Shown here: positions 60,021 to 64,000 of the stretch, in pieces
Layout: the number at the start of each line of letters is the position of its first letter
Numbering within the stretch: position 1 is the first letter of the stretch
DNA from: a virus
DNA: 64,000 bases
Reading direction: 5' to 3' (one strand)
Virus record (IMG/VR): IMGVR_UViG_3300032053_000034
Span: 1-64,000 of that record
Notes under the pieces: model-generated
The model's database searches: none
Told to the model about the DNA's origin: nothing
The model's input: only the letters and a program-made list of their open reading frames with translations
Translations under genes and position numbers: made by a program

Positions 60021-60722
60021 TTAGAAGAATTTGGTGAGATTTGCTGGTTGATAAAGGTAAGATTTAAGAATCTTATCAGTACCTACTTCTTTCATTACAA
60101 AACCTGTAGGTGCTTCTTGATAATTTACATCTCTTCCTGCGTCAGCATACTTTTGCTTAGAAATCTTGGCCTCCTCTTCTGTTTTACACATTTTAGAGTA
60201 ATTGCTTTTCATTACTTCATTAAAAGCTGGCTCTGCAAGATTAGTTAATCCAAAAGCATTAATTGCACCATAAAGAACAACTCTTAAATCAGTAACAGCA
60301 TCAAGTGCTTCTGGCATGTTAATTTCTCCAGTATTTGCAACACAATGAGAAGCCTCTGTAAGCATCAAATCACAGAACTCTTGTTCTACAGATAGAGCTG
60401 TAGCCAACTCATGAAGTTCTTCAAGTATGAGCCTTAGTCTTTTAATCGAAAGCTCTTTATTTGGATCTGTTGGGTATTCAAAAGTTGGGTGATTAAAATC
60501 TCTATTCCAACATTCAACCAGATTTATTGGGGTTTCTGCCTTAAGGATTTCTTTAAAATTTTCCCAACCCTCATCAATTTCATATTTAGCCAATTCTAAC
60601 TTGAGACTCTTAATCATTCTCTCTTTTAGTTCTAAGCCTTTTTCTGAAACATCTTCAGATTCTTCCCATTTTGCCAAGCCATTTTTAATCTCGGCTATTT
60701 CACTTTGAATATCTTTTGCCAT
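60021..60722 (-). CDS. MazG-like/PRA-PH nucleoside triphosphate pyrophosphohydrolase
   Basis: R..LI.EE..EL...DA..DL..V.YG...F.EV..SN.SK. Confidence 0.85.
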   Translation of the reverse strand: MAKDIQSEIAEIKNGLAKWEESEDVSEKGLELKERMIKSLKLELAKYEIDEGWENFKEILKAETPINLVECWNRDFNHPTFEYPTDPNKELSIKRLRLILEELHELATALSVEQEFCDLMLTEASHCVANTGEINMPEALDAVTDLRVVLYGAINAFGLTNLAEPAFNEVMKSNYSKMCKTEEEAKISKQKYADAGRDVNYQEAPTGFVMKEVGTDKILKSYLYQPANLTKFF

Positions 60723-60924
60723 AATATTTTCTTTTTACAATGTACATGTTAACATATTCACCCGACTTGCTATATTTTTGAATTACAATATCAGAATCCA
60801 AATAAGTAAATAGCCTAATAAAATCAGAATACTCCCTTGCTTCACAATTATATCCTAACTCTTTTAGGTGATTTAATTGCTTTACAAGTGGAGTATTCTT
60901 CATTTTTTCTAATAGATTATCCAT
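60700..60924 (-). CDS. Hypothetical protein
   Basis: ORF track; overlapping operon packing. Confidence 0.55.
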   Translation of the reverse strand: MDNLLEKMKNTPLVKQLNHLKELGYNCEAREYSDFIRLFTYLDSDIVIQKYSKSGEYVNMYIVKRKYYGKRYSK

Positions 60925-61273
60925 TTCCGCGAAAGGTTAGTTTTATTTTATTGAGCTTAGGAACTACATCAATTATGTGCCTATTTTCAAGCAATATACC
61001 CTTTTTAGAAATAGATACATAACCTCTTATTTGAATTACAGAGTGTATAAACCAATACAAAACCTTAACCTCAACATCATAATTAATGTCTTCATAATTT
61101 TCAAAGAAAATAGGATACTTACCAATCAAATGACAATCATCTGTATTATCAAGATTAAGCTTTCTTGGTTTTTTCCCATCCTCATATAACCATACTTCAG
61201 ATAAATGTAATTCTCTGTGTCCAGAAATATAGTACTTTGTTATTATGATTTTAAACTTATGCTTCTTTAGCAT
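60917..61273 (-). CDS. Hypothetical protein
   Basis: ORF track; TAATG coupling. Confidence 0.6.
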   Translation of the reverse strand: MLKKHKFKIIITKYYISGHRELHLSEVWLYEDGKKPRKLNLDNTDDCHLIGKYPIFFENYEDINYDVEVKVLYWFIHSVIQIRGYVSISKKGILLENRHIIDVVPKLNKIKLTFRGNG

Positions 61274-61869
61274 TATTTAATATTTAGACTGTCTTTTTTA
61301 AGGACATCTGCACCAGGTACTATAGTGCCATCATTAATTGTGTTTTTAATTTTAGTCTTATCTGGAGAGCAGGATTGTGTAAATGCAATTTTATTTGCAA
61401 GAAGAAAGTCAAGAATTTTAACCTTGTCTACTTGATTTGGTTTAATAACAATTTCATTATTCATGTATTCAACCGGAATATCTTCCTGGTTGTTAATGAA
61501 TACAAAAGCTGTCTTTTTGACTGCAAAAGTTATTGTCCCACTTGATATAGACTTTGCCTTTTCTTTGCCTTTGTAATCACCAAACTCATTTACAGCACTA
61601 AGCATTCTTGTCTCAAGACTCTCAATAAGTTTCTTTTTCTTAAAAAGCCATCTTTCAATTCTTGCAATTTCTAATTTTGCAAGCTCTTCTTCTTGATTGA
61701 TAGATTTAATAACATCAGAATAAGTGGTTAGCTTAACCGCAAGATTCTCTCTTGTAATAGCAAGTGCTATCTCTTGTTCTGGAGTTACTACCCCATCATT
61801 TTCTGCAATATTTGCAAGTGTTTCTGATAAAGAGGCCTCTATTTGATAAAGACTAAGTGAGTTTTCCAT
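61273..61869 (-). CDS. Siphovirus Gp157-like protein
   Basis: SLYQI start, coiled coil, IP.EY...DKT.IK..I..G..VPGA.......L.IK. Confidence 0.85.
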   Translation of the reverse strand: MENSLSLYQIEASLSETLANIAENDGVVTPEQEIALAITRENLAVKLTTYSDVIKSINQEEELAKLEIARIERWLFKKKKLIESLETRMLSAVNEFGDYKGKEKAKSISSGTITFAVKKTAFVFINNQEDIPVEYMNNEIVIKPNQVDKVKILDFLLANKIAFTQSCSPDKTKIKNTINDGTIVPGADVLKKDSLNIK

Positions 61870-61892
61870 ATTAGATTCCAGTTTTTATAATG

Positions 61893-62306
61893 TCAAAGTA
61901 TAAAGCATTTAACTCCGCACTCTTTCTTATTAACCTCATAGCCAAGTGGTATCACAACCACATTATCCATATTGTCTCTTGAAAGGTAGCCATGTTCCTC
62001 CATTTCATCCAAGATAACTTGAGTTATATTATTATAATCAAATTCTCTCTTGGTATCCCTGATAAGATACATCCCAAGAAGAATAGGTTTAGAAGTAGCA
62101 TTGGCTACCTCTAAAAACCTTGACTTTTGTATTGAGAACACCAAAGAAATGTTTCTTTCAAAAGCTGTTACATTCTTACTTGAAATTATATGTGTACCAG
62201 TCCAACGTTTACTATTTTTCTTTGATGGAATATTTATTCCTTGAATGTAAAAATTTGGATTTGCCAAATCTACACTGAACAGATCTATTAATCTTTGGAT
62301 TACCAT
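61893..62306 (-). CDS. RusA-like Holliday junction resolvase
   Basis: G.NIPSKKNS, R...R.FD..N......D.......DN. Confidence 0.75.
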   Translation of the reverse strand: MVIQRLIDLFSVDLANPNFYIQGINIPSKKNSKRWTGTHIISSKNVTAFERNISLVFSIQKSRFLEVANATSKPILLGMYLIRDTKREFDYNNITQVILDEMEEHGYLSRDNMDNVVVIPLGYEVNKKECGVKCFIL

Positions 62307-63130
62307 TATAAATCAAATTCACTTAGTGGTACAAATCCCTCCCCTATACCAGTAACAACTTCTTTCCCTTGTTTATTAAGAGGTAAAGACGGATTAATAG
62401 TTCTTAATACTCCTCTGGAATGAGATCCATAATTAACAAGTATTCCATTAATAAATCTTTGCTTAATCTCTTCAATAATATTTTTTGGTATAGTATCAAT
62501 TCTATGCCCATCTCTTTCCAGGCAAAATGTAGATTTCTGTCTGTATAACTGATCAATATTGTCTTTTGCTATTATTGGAATGTTTTGGTTTTCTGCAATA
62601 CTCCAGTAATATGAAAATTCACGTTGTGAAGGCTTAGTAATCCTAGTATAACTTGTCTTAGCCACATATACAATTCCTTCATTTGTGAAACTGCCAGTAG
62701 TAAGCATTTGATATATTATCCTTTTTGCTTCTGAAGCTCTTACAAACATATCAATATATGGATCACCACCTCTTGAAAAACATGTATATACATTTGCTCC
62801 AATAAAAGTAATTCCATATTGACTTAACCTTCCTGACATAGAATCTTCTCTTGAAGATTTCGCGTTTATCATTGCAAAAGGGATACTAGTCCCGGTGACC
62901 CTCATCCTTCCAATATTAGTAGTTTCAAGATCACTAATAAACATGTCTATATCACTTTCTGTTAAATTAATAAGGAGTTCTTCACTAGAATTAACCTCTT
63001 TTACAAACATGGCAATCATGTATAAATCTATAGCCGTAAGCCATACTTTCTTATAATCAACATGCTTTGATTCATCAGGGTTAAAAACAATATTTTCACT
63101 ACCCTTTAATATGTCTTGGAGGCTATACAT
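62306..63130 (-). CDS. Hypothetical protein overlapping the ThiF gene end
   Basis: ORF track; overlaps the ThiF stop. Confidence 0.65.
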   Translation of the reverse strand: MYSLQDILKGSENIVFNPDESKHVDYKKVWLTAIDLYMIAMFVKEVNSSEELLINLTESDIDMFISDLETTNIGRMRVTGTSIPFAMINAKSSREDSMSGRLSQYGITFIGANVYTCFSRGGDPYIDMFVRASEAKRIIYQMLTTGSFTNEGIVYVAKTSYTRITKPSQREFSYYWSIAENQNIPIIAKDNIDQLYRQKSTFCLERDGHRIDTIPKNIIEEIKQRFINGILVNYGSHSRGVLRTINPSLPLNKQGKEVVTGIGEGFVPLSEFDL

Positions 63131-63833
63131 AAGTTTTGGCTATGTCTAATTGTTGCAAATTAACATAACAATGAAATGGTACATCTAAGATAGTCATGCC
63201 ATTAATCTTGTTGGAGATTAAATTGTTAATTGCTGCCATTCCAAGACTAGTAATCAATGTTGCATTGTGAGTGGTTGCCTTGGCATTACATGGTAATTCC
63301 TCAGCATCATCATCAGAAAACAATGATTTAGCATACTCATTTGCTTGAGCACCATTAGTAATAAGAAAGAATTCAGAATGTTGAGGCGAACTTCTAAAGT
63401 CAATAAAGAACCTATGCTTAGGAGTTGTTCCAGCAGCTTTATGTTCCATTTGCTTTTTAACCCAAAGCTCATAATACATCTTTCTGTACTTCATGCTATC
63501 TACTGCAGAAACAAAGCAATCACCAATATCTGCTGTAGTTGTTGGTACAAAATACCCAGCATGAGCTTGAGTTGAAACATCACTACCAGAGAATAGTTTA
63601 ATATTGCTTGCTAGTGCAGTTGCTTTGTTTGCTGATAAATTATGTACACCACAGAACTGAGCTGATATATTTTGGACCGAGTATAGGTCATTGTCCCATA
63701 ACTCAAGCAGGTGTCCAATCCTGCTTAAATATAGGGACATCCATGATCCTATCATACCACATCCAATTACTTGTATTTTGAGTTTACTTACGGACCACTC
63801 AAAAGCACTAAACCTTTTGTTTGCAGTACTCAT
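63123..63833 (-). CDS. ThiF/E1-like adenylyltransferase
   Basis: VIGCGMIGS Rossmann, DND...QN..Q, KA.AL, AVDSM..R, IDFR, distal Cys in ELPCNAK. Confidence 0.88.
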   Translation of the reverse strand: MSTANKRFSAFEWSVSKLKIQVIGCGMIGSWMSLYLSRIGHLLELWDNDLYSVQNISAQFCGVHNLSANKATALASNIKLFSGSDVSTQAHAGYFVPTTTADIGDCFVSAVDSMKYRKMYYELWVKKQMEHKAAGTTPKHRFFIDFRSSPQHSEFFLITNGAQANEYAKSLFSDDDAEELPCNAKATTHNATLITSLGMAAINNLISNKINGMTILDVPFHCYVNLQQLDIAKTYV

Positions 63834-63838
63834 GATTT

Positions 63839-64000
63839 TTAATGTTTACGTCTATTTTCTCTTCTTTTTTCTCTGGATTCAGTCCACATTTTTACAGCAC
63901 TATTACTACTGATTTTCTCATCTTTCTCATCAAAGATGTCATCAACTGGAGTGCCATTTTGAGTTGTTTCCACAACACCAAAATCCTCGTCAAACTTTTC
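63839..64000 (-). CDS. C-terminus of a gene entering from the right edge
   Basis: Open frame ...EKFDEDFGVVETTQNG...REENRRKH* ending just before ThiF. Confidence 0.45.
   Translation of the reverse strand, partial: EKFDEDFGVVETTQNGTPVDDIFDEKDEKISSNSAVKMWTESREKRRENRRKH

Overview
A 64 kb, AT-rich segment of a crAss-like (Crassvirales-type) podophage of a Bacteroidota host, read in standard code 11. It has three transcription blocks. (1) About 1-4.4 kb: leftward small early/accessory genes, including many membrane micropeptides. (2) About 4.8-55.7 kb: a rightward block with a RepL-like protein, ferritin-like protein, Cas4-like nuclease, terminase, portal, scaffold-like protein, major capsid, ring/tail-tube proteins, muzzle, cargo proteins, a 4241-aa virion RNA polymerase polyprotein, a second zincin-bearing giant protein, tail hubs, a tail fibre and a GT25 glycosyltransferase. 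(3) About 55.7-64 kb: a leftward block with lysis genes (GH19 endolysin, holins, u-spanin-like lipoprotein), DUF3310, ThyX, MazG-like NTP-PPase, Gp157, a RusA-like resolvase and a ThiF/E1 enzyme. No tRNA, CRISPR array, intein or stop-codon recoding was seen. The most notable oddities are a 312-residue lysine-free stretch in an early membrane-anchored protein (in a genome that also encodes an E1-like enzyme), a recurrent AATAGT junction motif ahead of late genes, a short repeated xxG peptide motif shared by putative cargo proteins, a glycosyltransferase next to the tail fibre, and a G-tract/iteron-like divergent control region. All family assignments come from motif recognition and synteny, not database searches.
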